A DNA stretch of 64,000 bases from Candidatus Parcubacteria bacterium (GTDB taxonomy: Bacteria; Patescibacteriota; Minisyncoccia; UBA6257; 2-01-FULL-56-20). Both the position numbers and the translations under genes were made by a program. The notes beneath the pieces are model-generated. The model saw only the letters and a list, made by a program, of their open reading frames with translations, made no database searches and was not told the DNA's origin. This document shows positions 1 to 9,539 of the stretch, piece by piece; the stretch's first letter is position 1; every line of letters begins with the position of its first letter. The stretch is taken from NCBI GenBank assembly GCA_027355945.1, contig DAIEHA010000005.1, positions 3,067 to 67,066 of the forward strand, given 5' to 3'.

Positions 1-1
1 G

Positions 2-304
2 GTCTCGCTCCTCTACGGTTCTTTCCCCCTCATTTCTTTCATTTCAAACATCTTCGCGGGTGTGCCGCTTGGTGCGATCCTGTGGCTCGGCATTGGTGCG
101 ACTGCGGCACACGCCTCGCTGCGCCCCGCAACCGCTCTATTTGCCGCGCCGCTTGCACCGCTTCTCGGCTATGAGACCGCCATATTCCATATGTTTGCGG
201 GCGTCCCTCTTTCCATTCCCTCCTCCGTATTCCCGACCGCTGCGCTCATCGCATACTATGCCGCTTTGCTTGCGGTCGTTCTCCGATCATCCCCGCATAA
301 CTGA
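2..304 (+). CDS. comEC: ComEC/Rec2 competence membrane domain, C-terminal part (5'-truncated by window edge)
   Basis: Frame open from base 2 (VSLLYGSFPLISFISNIFAGVPLG...), hydrophobic, resembles the ComEC 'S..s...N....P' segment; directly upstream of a ComEC-type MBL gene. Confidence 0.65.
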   Translation, partial: VSLLYGSFPLISFISNIFAGVPLGAILWLGIGATAAHASLRPATALFAAPLAPLLGYETAIFHMFAGVPLSIPSSVFPTAALIAYYAALLAVVLRSSPHN

Positions 305-319
305 TATCCCACAAACGCC

Positions 320-1231
320 ATGCGGATGCGAAAACGGAGAAAGGATGTCTCGTGGTTCACGATCATGGCGATGCTCATCGTCGTTGCCGATGCGATCCTG
401 TGGTATCGCATCATCTTCGATGCAATCTTCACATCCGCGGCGCAACGTCCCGGTGTCTATTTTCTTGATGTGGGGAAGGGGGATGCGGCCCTTGTCGATC
501 TCGGTCAAGGTATGCGCGTGCTCATTGATGCCGGCCCCGGGGGTACGGCGACGCTTGAAGCGCTCGATTCGATACTCGCACCCGCCGATCGTTCGCTTGC
601 ACTCGCGATCATCTCTTATCCGGAGGACGGTCATTTCGGGGGTCTTGATGCCGTCTTGGACCGCTATCGCATCGGAGCGGTCGCCTATAATGGCCGCGAT
701 GCGTCTCCGGGCATCACGGCGTGGCCGCTGCTTCTCGAAAAGATACGGTCCGATGGGATCCCGCTCCTTGCCATCGGAACAGGGGATAGCATACGCCTCG
801 GCGATGCAGGTGCCATCGATGTTCTTTCCCCGGACTATGACCTTGTTCAAGGGGCATCCATCCTTGCGGATACCGGTATTGTCGCTCTTATACGCACGCC
901 CCGATTCAGGGCTCTTTTTGCGGCAGATATCAGCAGGGATAGCGAATATGAGCTCGTATATCGCTATCGCGCCTCGCTTGCGGCGGATATTTTGAAAGCG
1001 GCTCGGCACGGCGCGAAAGATTCCGTCACGACCCCATTTTTGAGAGCGGTGCGTCCGCGCGCGGTGATCATCGATGCGGGCCGGGGCGGACTTGCCGGTC
1101 AACCCGATGCAGGCGTCCTTGCGCGACTTACACGAGAGACGGACGCCGATATCTTCCGCATCGACCGTGAGGGAACGATCGCATTCCTTCCTGATCCCGC
1201 AAAAGGATTTGCCGCGTATTCGGTGCATTGA
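320..1231 (+). CDS. ComEC-type metallo-beta-lactamase-fold protein with degenerate metal site
   Basis: N-terminal TM helix, FLDVGKGDA, LIDAG, LFAAD, ADILKAARHG, IFRIDREGTI match the ComEC MBL layout; the HxDxDH motif is altered to SYPEDGH. Confidence 0.85.
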   Translation: MRMRKRRKDVSWFTIMAMLIVVADAILWYRIIFDAIFTSAAQRPGVYFLDVGKGDAALVDLGQGMRVLIDAGPGGTATLEALDSILAPADRSLALAIISYPEDGHFGGLDAVLDRYRIGAVAYNGRDASPGITAWPLLLEKIRSDGIPLLAIGTGDSIRLGDAGAIDVLSPDYDLVQGASILADTGIVALIRTPRFRALFAADISRDSEYELVYRYRASLAADILKAARHGAKDSVTTPFLRAVRPRAVIIDAGRGGLAGQPDAGVLARLTRETDADIFRIDREGTIAFLPDPAKGFAAYSVH

Positions 1232-1241
1232 TGTTCGTCAG

Positions 1242-1250
1242 TGGTATAAT
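1242..1250 (+). promoter_or_regulatory. Extended -10 promoter (TGGTATAAT), leaderless transcript
   Basis: TGnTATAAT ends 6 nt before ATG 1257; no SD. Confidence 0.7.
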
Positions 1251-1256
1251 GGAATC

Positions 1257-2792
1257 ATGACATTGCTCATCCGCAACGTGCGGATACTTGGGGGTGAAAA
1301 GGAGTTTACCGGATTTTCCGACGTCTTCGTGAATGGGGACACGATTTCCGCGATCGGAAGCTTTCCGGGGAAAAAGGCTGACGTCGTCCTTGATGGGCAG
1401 GGTGCATATCTTACCCCCGGCTTCATCGATGCGGATTCCGCCTCGGATCACTATCTTACCCTTTTCGAGGGTAGGGAGCAGGAGGATTTCCTCCTTCAAG
1501 GGGTCACGACGATCATCGGAGGGATGTGCGGTGCATCACTTGCACCCCTTGCGTACGGCACACTCGAATCGGTCCAGAAATGGGGCGATAGCTCGCGCAT
1601 CAACGTGAACTGGCATACGGTGGGTGAGTTCCTTGCCTCGCTCGATGCGCATCCGCTTGCGGTGAACTTCGGCACGCTTGCGGGCCACGCAACCATCCGG
1701 AGGGCTCTCATCGGCGAGGATCTCCGCGATCTCACGAAGAACGAGATGAATGTTTTTGCGCGCATGGTCGAAGAATCCATGGTGCAGGGCGCGTTCGGTC
1801 TTTCGACGGGCCTTTCGTATGTCCATGCCCGCGAGACCCCTGCGCTCGAATTGAGCTTTCTCGCCGATGTGGTTGCGCGATTCCATGGTGTATACGCCAC
1901 GCATCTTCGCAACGAGGGCAAAGGCATCGCTGCGTCGGTGGATGAGACGATAAGGATCTCCGAGGAACGCCGTGTGAAGACGCTCATCAGCCACTTCATG
2001 CCTTTGCGCGGTGCCGAAGAGGAATATCAAGAAGCTCTTCGGAGGATCGAGTCGCTTCCCGACGGCGTTCCGCTCCGTTTCGATGCGCATCCATTCCCCG
2101 ACTCACTTCTTCCGATCTATACCTTCCTTCCCGAATGGGCCCGGAACGGTGGCGTGAAGGTCATGCGTGCGAACATAGAGGATGAATGGCTCGCGTCGAA
2201 AATCCGGAGGGATATGCCCATGCCGGATGCGGACCACTTCATCATCATCGATGCCCCGAAGAACGAGGTGTTCGCGGGCAAATCCCTCACTGAGATCGCC
2301 GCCATCTATGAACTTGGCGATCCGCGCGATGCGCTCATCAAACTCATGACCGCGACCAATCTCAAATGTTCCGTGCTCTATCGGAATATCGACGATACTC
2401 TTGTTTCGCGCGCCATCAAAAGCGAGAAGAGCATCATCGCATCGAATGCCCCGAGCTGGGGACGCCGCGGGGGCCGTGCGGCATCGCAGCGGTTCCGGCC
2501 GCAGAGGATCACCTCCACCTTCACGACCTTCCTCGGCCGTGCGGCATCCGGCCTCATGCCCCTCGACGCTGCGGTCAGGAAGATAACATCGGAACCTGCG
2601 GCGCTGTTCGGATTGAAGGGGAGGGGGACGATACGGGAGGGCGCCATCGCGGACCTCGCATGCTTCAGGGTTGATGGTACGAGCAATGAGCCCGCGGAGG
2701 TGCTGTTCACGGTGGTGAACGGCGTCGTCGCGGAATCCGGAGGCGCGTTCGGGGGATCGTTCCCGGGGAAAATCTTACGTCACACCGTCTGA
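1257..2792 (+). CDS. N-acyl-D-amino-acid deacylase-like amidohydrolase (probably catalytically impaired)
   Basis: TLLIRN..., PGFID, QGVTTIIGGMCG, GHATIR, GAFGLSTGLSY, YATHLR, G.I.EGAIADL; start moved to ATG 1257 after the -10 box. Confidence 0.85.
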   Translation: MTLLIRNVRILGGEKEFTGFSDVFVNGDTISAIGSFPGKKADVVLDGQGAYLTPGFIDADSASDHYLTLFEGREQEDFLLQGVTTIIGGMCGASLAPLAYGTLESVQKWGDSSRINVNWHTVGEFLASLDAHPLAVNFGTLAGHATIRRALIGEDLRDLTKNEMNVFARMVEESMVQGAFGLSTGLSYVHARETPALELSFLADVVARFHGVYATHLRNEGKGIAASVDETIRISEERRVKTLISHFMPLRGAEEEYQEALRRIESLPDGVPLRFDAHPFPDSLLPIYTFLPEWARNGGVKVMRANIEDEWLASKIRRDMPMPDADHFIIIDAPKNEVFAGKSLTEIAAIYELGDPRDALIKLMTATNLKCSVLYRNIDDTLVSRAIKSEKSIIASNAPSWGRRGGRAASQRFRPQRITSTFTTFLGRAASGLMPLDAAVRKITSEPAALFGLKGRGTIREGAIADLACFRVDGTSNEPAEVLFTVVNGVVAESGGAFGGSFPGKILRHTV

Positions 2793-2794
2793 GC

Positions 2795-3943
2795 ATGCCT
2801 TCCCGATCCCGCGCTGCCTCGCCCAACAAACCCCAATCATCAGGCCGCCGCCTTCGCGCGGGGTCTCCCGACAGCTTCCTCCTTGCGGTCTTCTCGATCC
2901 TCATCGTCTTCGGCCTCGCCATGCTCGCCTCGGCGTCATCAGACCTCGGGAAGATCCAGTTCAACAACAGCTATTACTATATCGAACATCAGCTTCTCTA
3001 CGGTCTTACGATCGGCGCCATAGGATTCTTCACCGCGTATCGCCTGAACTATCAGAATTTCAAGAAGGCCGCGTTCGTGCTTCTCCTTATCAGCGTCTTT
3101 TTCCTCGTCCTCGTGTTCACGCCCCTCGGTTCCGTCGTGAACAATACGAATCGCTGGCTTCGCTTCGGTCCGCTGAGCTTCCAGCCCGCCGAACTCATGA
3201 AGCTCACGTATCTCGTCTATCTCGCCGCCTGGCTTTCGAACACGAAATTCAAGCGAGCCACCGATTTCCGGTCGGGCTTCCTTCCTTTTGCGGTGGTTTC
3301 AGGCGTCATTGGAGCCCTCCTCCTCCTCCAGCCTGCCACAAGCACCGTCATGATCCTCATCGCCTCGGGCCTTGCCGTCTATTTCGTGAGCGGCGCGCCG
3401 ATCCGCTATATCGCCGTATTCATCGGTGGCGGCCTTTTGATCGTTGCCGCCGTCATCTATGTGACGCCTTATCGCCTGGCGCGCATCGAGGGGTTCCTCA
3501 ATAAAGGATCGAAGACCCAGGGCCAGAATTACCAGGTGGATCAGGCACTCATCGCCATCGGGTCCGGCGGGGCAACGGGCGTGGGATACGGACAGTCGGC
3601 GGTCAAAGCAACCTATCTTCCCGATCCCATCGATGATTCCATCTTTGCGGTGATCGCGGAGGAGCTCGGCTTCATCGGCGCAGCGTCCCTCGTCATCCTT
3701 TTCGGCCTGCTCACGTTCCGTATGTTCTGGCTTGCCCGGAAGGTCGGCGATCAATTCGGCAAACTTCTCCTCTTCGGGTTCGGGATCATCATTGCGCTCC
3801 AGGCATTCGTGAACATGGCCTCCATCTCCGGGATCATCCCGCTCACCGGGGTCCCGCTGCCGTTTGTGAGTTATGGAGGGACGGCCCTTGCGGTTTTCAT
3901 CACGATGATGGGATTGTCCCTTAATATCTCCCGTTACGCATAA
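2795..3943 (+). CDS. ftsW: SEDS family peptidoglycan polymerase FtsW
   Basis: About 10 TM helices, RWLRFGPLSFQPAELMKL, DSIFAVIAEELG, PLTGVPLPFVSYGG; precedes murG. Confidence 0.93.
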   Translation: MPSRSRAASPNKPQSSGRRLRAGSPDSFLLAVFSILIVFGLAMLASASSDLGKIQFNNSYYYIEHQLLYGLTIGAIGFFTAYRLNYQNFKKAAFVLLLISVFFLVLVFTPLGSVVNNTNRWLRFGPLSFQPAELMKLTYLVYLAAWLSNTKFKRATDFRSGFLPFAVVSGVIGALLLLQPATSTVMILIASGLAVYFVSGAPIRYIAVFIGGGLLIVAAVIYVTPYRLARIEGFLNKGSKTQGQNYQVDQALIAIGSGGATGVGYGQSAVKATYLPDPIDDSIFAVIAEELGFIGAASLVILFGLLTFRMFWLARKVGDQFGKLLLFGFGIIIALQAFVNMASISGIIPLTGVPLPFVSYGGTALAVFITMMGLSLNISRYA

Positions 3944-4018
3944 GATGTGCCCCGGGAGCGGCATCCGCGACGCATCCCAATTTGGAGCTTCTTATTTTGA
4001 CTGATATCATATAGGGAT

Positions 4019-5161
4019 ATGGCAGATGCGGAGAAATTCCTCATGGTATTCACCGGCGGCGGGAGCGGGGGCCACGTATATCCGCTCATTGCGGTCGCGG
4101 AGGCGCTCGAAGGCCGTCTTAAAGCCATGCAGGCGCCGTATGAGTTCTTCTATATGGGACCCCAGGACCGCTACGCGAGACTTCTTGCCGAGAAGGGGAT
4201 CGCGGTGCACCCCATGATGACGGGAAAGCTCCGCCGCTATCTTTCGTTCCAGAACATCCTTGATATTCCGAAGTTCGCGATAGGATTCGTGCAGGCGTTT
4301 TGGAAACTCTATATCCTCATGCCCGATGCGGTGTTCTCAAAAGGAGGCGCGGGTGCCTTTGGCGTCGTCGTTGCCGCGTGGTTCTATCGCATCCCGGTGT
4401 TCATCCATGAATCCGATGCGGAACCGGGACTCAACAACCTCCTCTCATCAAGATTCTCGACCGGGATATTCGTGAGCTTCGCGCGCGCGGCACGATATTT
4501 CAACCCCGCCATCACGAAAGTCATCGGTTCGCCGCTCCGCACGGAGCTCACCGGACCACGTACCACGAAGGAGCTCGCAAAGGAGAATCTCGGGTTCGAT
4601 CCCGTAAAGCCGCTTGCCCTCATCATGGGCGGGTCCCAAGGTTCCACGCGGATCAACGAGTTCATCCTTTCAAACCTTCCCACGCTCATATCCCGTACCC
4701 AGGTGCTCCATCAGACGGGCCAAGAGAACTTCGCCGACGTCGAAAAACTTTCGCGCGCCGCCCTTCTCGACGCCGGCACGGGGAACCGCTATGAAGCAGT
4801 GCCGTACCTTACCGATGGGATGGCAATGGCCATGACCGCGGCCGATTTTGTGATATCGCGATCGGGAAGCTCGGTCTTCGAACTCGCCGCATTCGGCCTT
4901 CCCGCCATCCTCATCCCGCTCGCGGAATCCGCGAACGGACACCAGCTCATCGACGCGGAGGAGTTCGCGAAGACGGGTGCGGCGATCGTCATCGAGGAGG
5001 ACAACCTTCTGCCGGGAATATTCTTCGGCCAGCTTGATAGGATCCTCTCCGAAGGCGGCCTCCGGGAACGGATGAGCGCCGCATCCTCGAGATTCTTCAT
5101 TCCCGGCGCAGCGGATGCGATTGCGGGGGACGTGATCGCCGTTGTCGCCGCCAGGGAATGA
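4019..5161 (+). CDS. murG: UDP-GlcNAc:lipid I N-acetylglucosaminyltransferase MurG
   Basis: GGGSGGHVYP, HESDAEPGLNN, MGGSQGS, HQTG, ISRSG, HQ..NA-like motif. Confidence 0.95.
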   Translation: MADAEKFLMVFTGGGSGGHVYPLIAVAEALEGRLKAMQAPYEFFYMGPQDRYARLLAEKGIAVHPMMTGKLRRYLSFQNILDIPKFAIGFVQAFWKLYILMPDAVFSKGGAGAFGVVVAAWFYRIPVFIHESDAEPGLNNLLSSRFSTGIFVSFARAARYFNPAITKVIGSPLRTELTGPRTTKELAKENLGFDPVKPLALIMGGSQGSTRINEFILSNLPTLISRTQVLHQTGQENFADVEKLSRAALLDAGTGNRYEAVPYLTDGMAMAMTAADFVISRSGSSVFELAAFGLPAILIPLAESANGHQLIDAEEFAKTGAAIVIEEDNLLPGIFFGQLDRILSEGGLRERMSAASSRFFIPGAADAIAGDVIAVVAARE

Positions 5162-5180
5162 ACCCCATCGACCGTGGCAT

Positions 5181-5705
5181 ATGAAAACCCTCCGCACCCC
5201 GTCCCTCATAATCATCGATGGTCCGATGGGCTCGGGAAAGACGACCGTCGCCAAGCTTCTCCATCAAAAACTGAAGCGGACCGCGCACCTCGGCCTCGAT
5301 CGCGTCAAATGGTTCATCTCCGATTTCAAAAGGATCCCCGAAGACAATGAGATAGTCCGGAATGTGATCATGCAGATGGCGAAGGAATATCTGCGCCAGG
5401 GGATCAGCGTTATCATCGAGCAGGGGATGAGGAAGGATGCGATAGTACGCATGACGCGGATGGCGAAGCGGTACGATGCCCGTTGTTTCGTATATCAACT
5501 CGAAGCCCCGAAGCCGCTTCTTCTCGCGCGCATCCATGGAAGGCCGCGATTGCCCGGCAAGCCGCGGATCTCCAATGCGCGGATCGAACGGAACTACAGA
5601 TCCCACGCCGAGCACAAATATATGGACGCCATCGTGCTTGATGCCGAAAAATTCACCGCGCAAAGGATCGCGAACCGGATAGTGAAAGACGTCGCGCGCC
5701 CCTGA
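5181..5705 (+). CDS. P-loop nucleotide kinase-like (AAA_33/AAA_18-type) protein
   Basis: IIIDGPMGSGKTT Walker A, GISVIIE, LLARIHGR lid motif. Confidence 0.8.
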   Translation: MKTLRTPSLIIIDGPMGSGKTTVAKLLHQKLKRTAHLGLDRVKWFISDFKRIPEDNEIVRNVIMQMAKEYLRQGISVIIEQGMRKDAIVRMTRMAKRYDARCFVYQLEAPKPLLLARIHGRPRLPGKPRISNARIERNYRSHAEHKYMDAIVLDAEKFTAQRIANRIVKDVARP

Positions 5706-5807
5706 TCCCCATTTTGGGTTCGAGGGGAGCATTCCGTGAAGGGTCGGAGCCCGCAAGACCGGCGCATACGCTGGCTATTCCGCCTATTTTGTGGCAAAAT
5801 AGCATCC

Positions 5808-7376
5808 ATGGAACCAACCGCGGTAAAAGCCGTCGCACCGCCATCCACCGTTCTTGAACCGGCGTTTGCCGTTGCAGGGGAAGGGAAGAAGATCCGTGTC
5901 CGCATCGCCCCGAGTCCCACGGGACCCCTCCACGTAGGTACCGCGCGGACGGCGCTTTTCAATTGGCTTTTCGCCCGGCAGCACGGTGGTATGTTCGTGC
6001 TCCGCATCGAGGATACGGACAAGGAACGCTCGGAACAGCAATATGAGCGGATGATCTTCGATGGACTCTCGTGGCTCGGCTTCGACTGGGACGAAGGGCC
6101 GACTTTGAATGATGATGGTACTCGCGGTCCCGACAAAGGCTCATTCGGCCCGTATCGCCAAAGCGAACGTACCGCGATCTATCGAAGATATCTCCAGGAC
6201 CTTCTCGAGAAAGGCGAGGCGTATTATTGCTACTGCACGAAAGAGGACCTCGAGGCTCAGCGCCAGGCCATGCTCGATGCCGGCCTTCCGCCGCGCTATA
6301 GCGGTCATTGCCGGAACCTCACCGCACCGCCCGAGGGACGCACGCCGGAGGTGATCCGTTTCAAGGTTCCCGAGATCAAAGTCGAATTCATCGATATGGT
6401 CCACGGCAAAGCATCGTTCGATGCGGCGCTCCTTGGAGATCAGGTGATCGCAAAGGACCTCGATACGCCGCTCTACAACTTTGCTGTCGTCGTGGATGAT
6501 GCGCTCATGGAGATCACGCACGTGATCCGCGGCGACGATCATTTCTCGAATACGCCGAAGCAGATCCTCGTGCAGCGCGCCCTCGGATTTCCTACCCCTC
6601 ATTATGCGCATTTGCCGCTCATCTTGAACCCCGATCGCAGCAAGATGTCCAAACGCTTTTCCGATGTCGCGCTCGCGAACTATCGCGAACGGGGCTATCT
6701 TCCCGATGCCATCGTGAACTTCATCGGCCTCCTCGGCTGGCATCCCAAAGAGGACCACGAGGTCTTCGATCGCGATTTTGCCGTGGAGCATTTCGATATC
6801 GCGCGCGTACAGAAAACGGGTGCGATATTCAATGAGGAGAAACTTGATTGGTTGAACCGCGAGCATATGAAGAAGATGCCGATCGCCGAGCTTGCGGCCA
6901 TCGCGGAACCTTTTTTTGCGAACGCGGGCATCATCGATCCTCGCGACGGTGCCTCCCATGGCGTCGGATCCCGCACGCTCCTCATGCGTGCCGTGGCGCT
7001 CCAGCTTTCACGCGCAAAGACCCTTGTGGAAATCGCGGAATCGTCCCGATTCCTCTTCACCCTTCCTTCTTATGAACCGACGCTCCTCGTCTGGAAAGGC
7101 GCATCGGCGTCCGATGCCACCGCTGCGCTTACTGACGCCGCAGCCGCGCTCGCTGCACTCGACGATGATGGATTCACATCACGGGACGCCCTTATGCGCG
7201 CACTCACCCCCCTTATCGATGCGCGAGGAAGGGGAGCGGTCCTTTGGCCGCTTCGCGTGGCCCTTTCCGGACAGGCCGTATCCCCGGACCCCATGGAGAT
7301 CATGGAGGTCATCGGGAAGGAAGAGACGCATGCGCGCATTGAAAAAGCCCTTCAAGGACTTGCGATGCGGCCCTGA
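5808..7376 (+). CDS. gltX: Glutamate--tRNA ligase
   Basis: RVRIAPSPTGPLHVG, LRIEDTD, CYC...YSGHC, THVIRGDDH, KMSKR; TGGCAAAAT -10 box 7 nt before ATG 5808. Confidence 0.96.
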   Translation: MEPTAVKAVAPPSTVLEPAFAVAGEGKKIRVRIAPSPTGPLHVGTARTALFNWLFARQHGGMFVLRIEDTDKERSEQQYERMIFDGLSWLGFDWDEGPTLNDDGTRGPDKGSFGPYRQSERTAIYRRYLQDLLEKGEAYYCYCTKEDLEAQRQAMLDAGLPPRYSGHCRNLTAPPEGRTPEVIRFKVPEIKVEFIDMVHGKASFDAALLGDQVIAKDLDTPLYNFAVVVDDALMEITHVIRGDDHFSNTPKQILVQRALGFPTPHYAHLPLILNPDRSKMSKRFSDVALANYRERGYLPDAIVNFIGLLGWHPKEDHEVFDRDFAVEHFDIARVQKTGAIFNEEKLDWLNREHMKKMPIAELAAIAEPFFANAGIIDPRDGASHGVGSRTLLMRAVALQLSRAKTLVEIAESSRFLFTLPSYEPTLLVWKGASASDATAALTDAAAALAALDDDGFTSRDALMRALTPLIDARGRGAVLWPLRVALSGQAVSPDPMEIMEVIGKEETHARIEKALQGLAMRP

Positions 7377-7436
7377 TCATCCGCGACCTCTTTCGCACAT
7401 ATTGCCGTTCGCGTTAAAAGTTTATACAATAATTTC

Positions 7437-7922
7437 ATGGCCCTGCGAAAGAACATCCCTGCGTTCTTTGTACAGCACGCACACTATGCCACGGGCGCCT
7501 TATTGGGCGTTCTTCTTATTGCCATCGCCGGGTTCGCGGCGCCAAAGGCTCGTGCATACGCCCTCGAGCCGCTTCCGCCGGCAGCCAATCCCGGCGCAGC
7601 GATCGGCCAAGGGTATAATTTTTCAAACTCGTTCCAAAATCTCATATCATCATTTACGGCCTTCTTCGATAATATGAAGAATACCAATGGGACGGTTTCC
7701 ATAACCGGCGGATCGGCGGGAGGGTCGGGAATTCCGAACGGGGTCACCGTGACCGTGGATTGGAGGTCGTATGTGCAACGCTTCGATGTGTGGTTCTATA
7801 ATGCGACCGGCGTACAGATCCAGTGGCTCACCACCTTCATCGTGAACATTTTTGCGTGGATCGTAGGAACGCTGCAGGGAATTGCGACATGGGTTGCGGG
7901 GATAGTCACAAAGAGCCTCTAA
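7437..7922 (+). CDS. Hypothetical membrane/secreted protein
   Basis: N-terminal hydrophobic/signal segment, C-terminal amphipathic Trp-rich helix; TACAAT 6 nt upstream of ATG. Confidence 0.7.
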   Translation: MALRKNIPAFFVQHAHYATGALLGVLLIAIAGFAAPKARAYALEPLPPAANPGAAIGQGYNFSNSFQNLISSFTAFFDNMKNTNGTVSITGGSAGGSGIPNGVTVTVDWRSYVQRFDVWFYNATGVQIQWLTTFIVNIFAWIVGTLQGIATWVAGIVTKSL

Positions 7923-7962
7923 GGGATCCCAAATGGTAAAAAGGGCCGTATCCGCCTATCTT

Positions 7963-7990
7963 CTGTCGTAAAATATATCTTGTGCGACAG
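7963..7990. other. Symmetric 11-6-11 inverted repeat, dif/Xer-like recombination site candidate
   Basis: CTGTCGTAAAA-TATATC-TTGTGCGACAG; arms match 9/11; same geometry as dif. Confidence 0.45.
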
Positions 7991-8054
7991 ATGATATTGC
8001 AACGCCCCTCCTTTTCCCTTTTGGATTTATAGCGCTGGTAATATAATGTATCCT

Positions 8055-9539
8055 ATGTCCAACCCCCCTTCGGGACGTTCTCCTGTTTCAAAGAAGATCA
8101 AGAAGATCATTCATTTCATCGGGATCGGCGGGATCGGTATGAGCGCCCTCGCCCGTTATTTTTTATCCAAAAATTGGGCTATTTCAGGTTCTGACGCTTC
8201 AAAGCATCATATTACCGAAGGATTCAAAAAGACCTCTGTAAACGTAAAAATAGGCCATAAAAGGGCAAATGTACCCCCCAAGGCGCTTTTAGTGGTAAAA
8301 AGCCAGGCAATTCCTGCCGATAACCCGGAAATCGCCGAGGCTGCTCGTAGAGGCATGAGGATACTTACCTACCCCGAAGCGCTTGGCGAGCTTACCCGCA
8401 CCCACAATACTATCGCCATCGCAGGATCTCACGGGAAGAGCACCACGACGGCGCTTGTGGCGCTTGCTCTTATAGAGGGCGGTTTTGACCCGACGGTCAT
8501 CGTGGGCAACAACTTGCGGGAGTTTGGAGGGACGAACTTCCGCAATGGGAAGAGCAAATGGCTCGTCATCGAGGCCGATGAGTATGGTCGCGCATTCCTC
8601 CATTATTCCCCCTTCATCGCGATCGTGACGAACATCGACCGCGAGCACCTCGACATTTATAAAAACATCGTGGACGCAAAGAGGACGTTCATGCAATTCC
8701 TTGCAAATACCGCCGCGGGAGGCGCGCTCGTCCTCAATCGGGATGATGCGAACCTGCGTTCGCTTGCACCTCGCATCGCCGTCCTGGCGAAAAATAAAAA
8801 GCTCCGCGTGATCTGGTACTCGCTCCGCGGCAGCGCCTCTGTGGCATCCCTCAAAACGCGCATCAGGATATTCGGATCCCATAACCTTTCGAATGCCGAA
8901 GGGGCCTTCCGCGCCGCACGCTTCCTCGGTATTCCCGATGCGAAGATCCTTCGCGCCATCAGCAGGTACCGCGGTGCATGGCGACGCATGGAACTGCGCG
9001 GCATCGCAACGCTCCCCGCCAAGGAAGGAGACCGCACGGCGCTTGTATACGACGATTATGCCCATCACCCCACCGAGATCCGGGCGACGCTCACCGCCAT
9101 GAAGGAGCATTACCACGGCAGGCCTCTCGTGTGCGTATTCCAACCGCACCAAGGGAAGCGCCTCTCCCTTCTCTTCAAGGAGTTCACATCGGCATTCGAT
9201 GATGCGGATGCGACGATACTTCTCCCCCTTTACCGCGTCCGCGGGCGCGACGAAGATCCCGCACGCACATCGGAGGACCTTGTGCGTGCCATGCAGCGCA
9301 GGAATCCCCGGCAGGTCGTCCGCTTCCTCGAGGACCCGGAAGACCTCCCTGCGGCGCTCGGCGATGTGCTCGAGCCCTTTCCCCATACGGGCGGTTCCCG
9401 CTCCCCCATCGTCGTCATGATGGGCGCCGGAGATATCGTGAACCACACCTCCGCACTGCTTTCCGGTCGCGCAGGATCGGCGAAGGATGGTGCGGCGAAT
9501 AGCATAAAGAAACATACGCGCGCGCAAAGAAAAACATGA
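8055..9539 (+). CDS. murC: UDP-N-acetylmuramate--L-alanine ligase
   Basis: HFIGIGGIGMSALA, IAGSHGKSTTT, EADEY, TNIDREHLD, DDYAHHPTEI, FQPH; ATG 8055 lies 7 nt after TATAAT (8046 is an alternative start). Confidence 0.95.
   Translation: MSNPPSGRSPVSKKIKKIIHFIGIGGIGMSALARYFLSKNWAISGSDASKHHITEGFKKTSVNVKIGHKRANVPPKALLVVKSQAIPADNPEIAEAARRGMRILTYPEALGELTRTHNTIAIAGSHGKSTTTALVALALIEGGFDPTVIVGNNLREFGGTNFRNGKSKWLVIEADEYGRAFLHYSPFIAIVTNIDREHLDIYKNIVDAKRTFMQFLANTAAGGALVLNRDDANLRSLAPRIAVLAKNKKLRVIWYSLRGSASVASLKTRIRIFGSHNLSNAEGAFRAARFLGIPDAKILRAISRYRGAWRRMELRGIATLPAKEGDRTALVYDDYAHHPTEIRATLTAMKEHYHGRPLVCVFQPHQGKRLSLLFKEFTSAFDDADATILLPLYRVRGRDEDPARTSEDLVRAMQRRNPRQVVRFLEDPEDLPAALGDVLEPFPHTGGSRSPIVVMMGAGDIVNHTSALLSGRAGSAKDGAANSIKKHTRAQRKT

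Noticed and set aside
5706-5790. Possible T-box, SRP or other RNA upstream of gltX
   Set aside because: No T-box or SRP consensus, and the -10 box directly before the ATG implies a leaderless gltX
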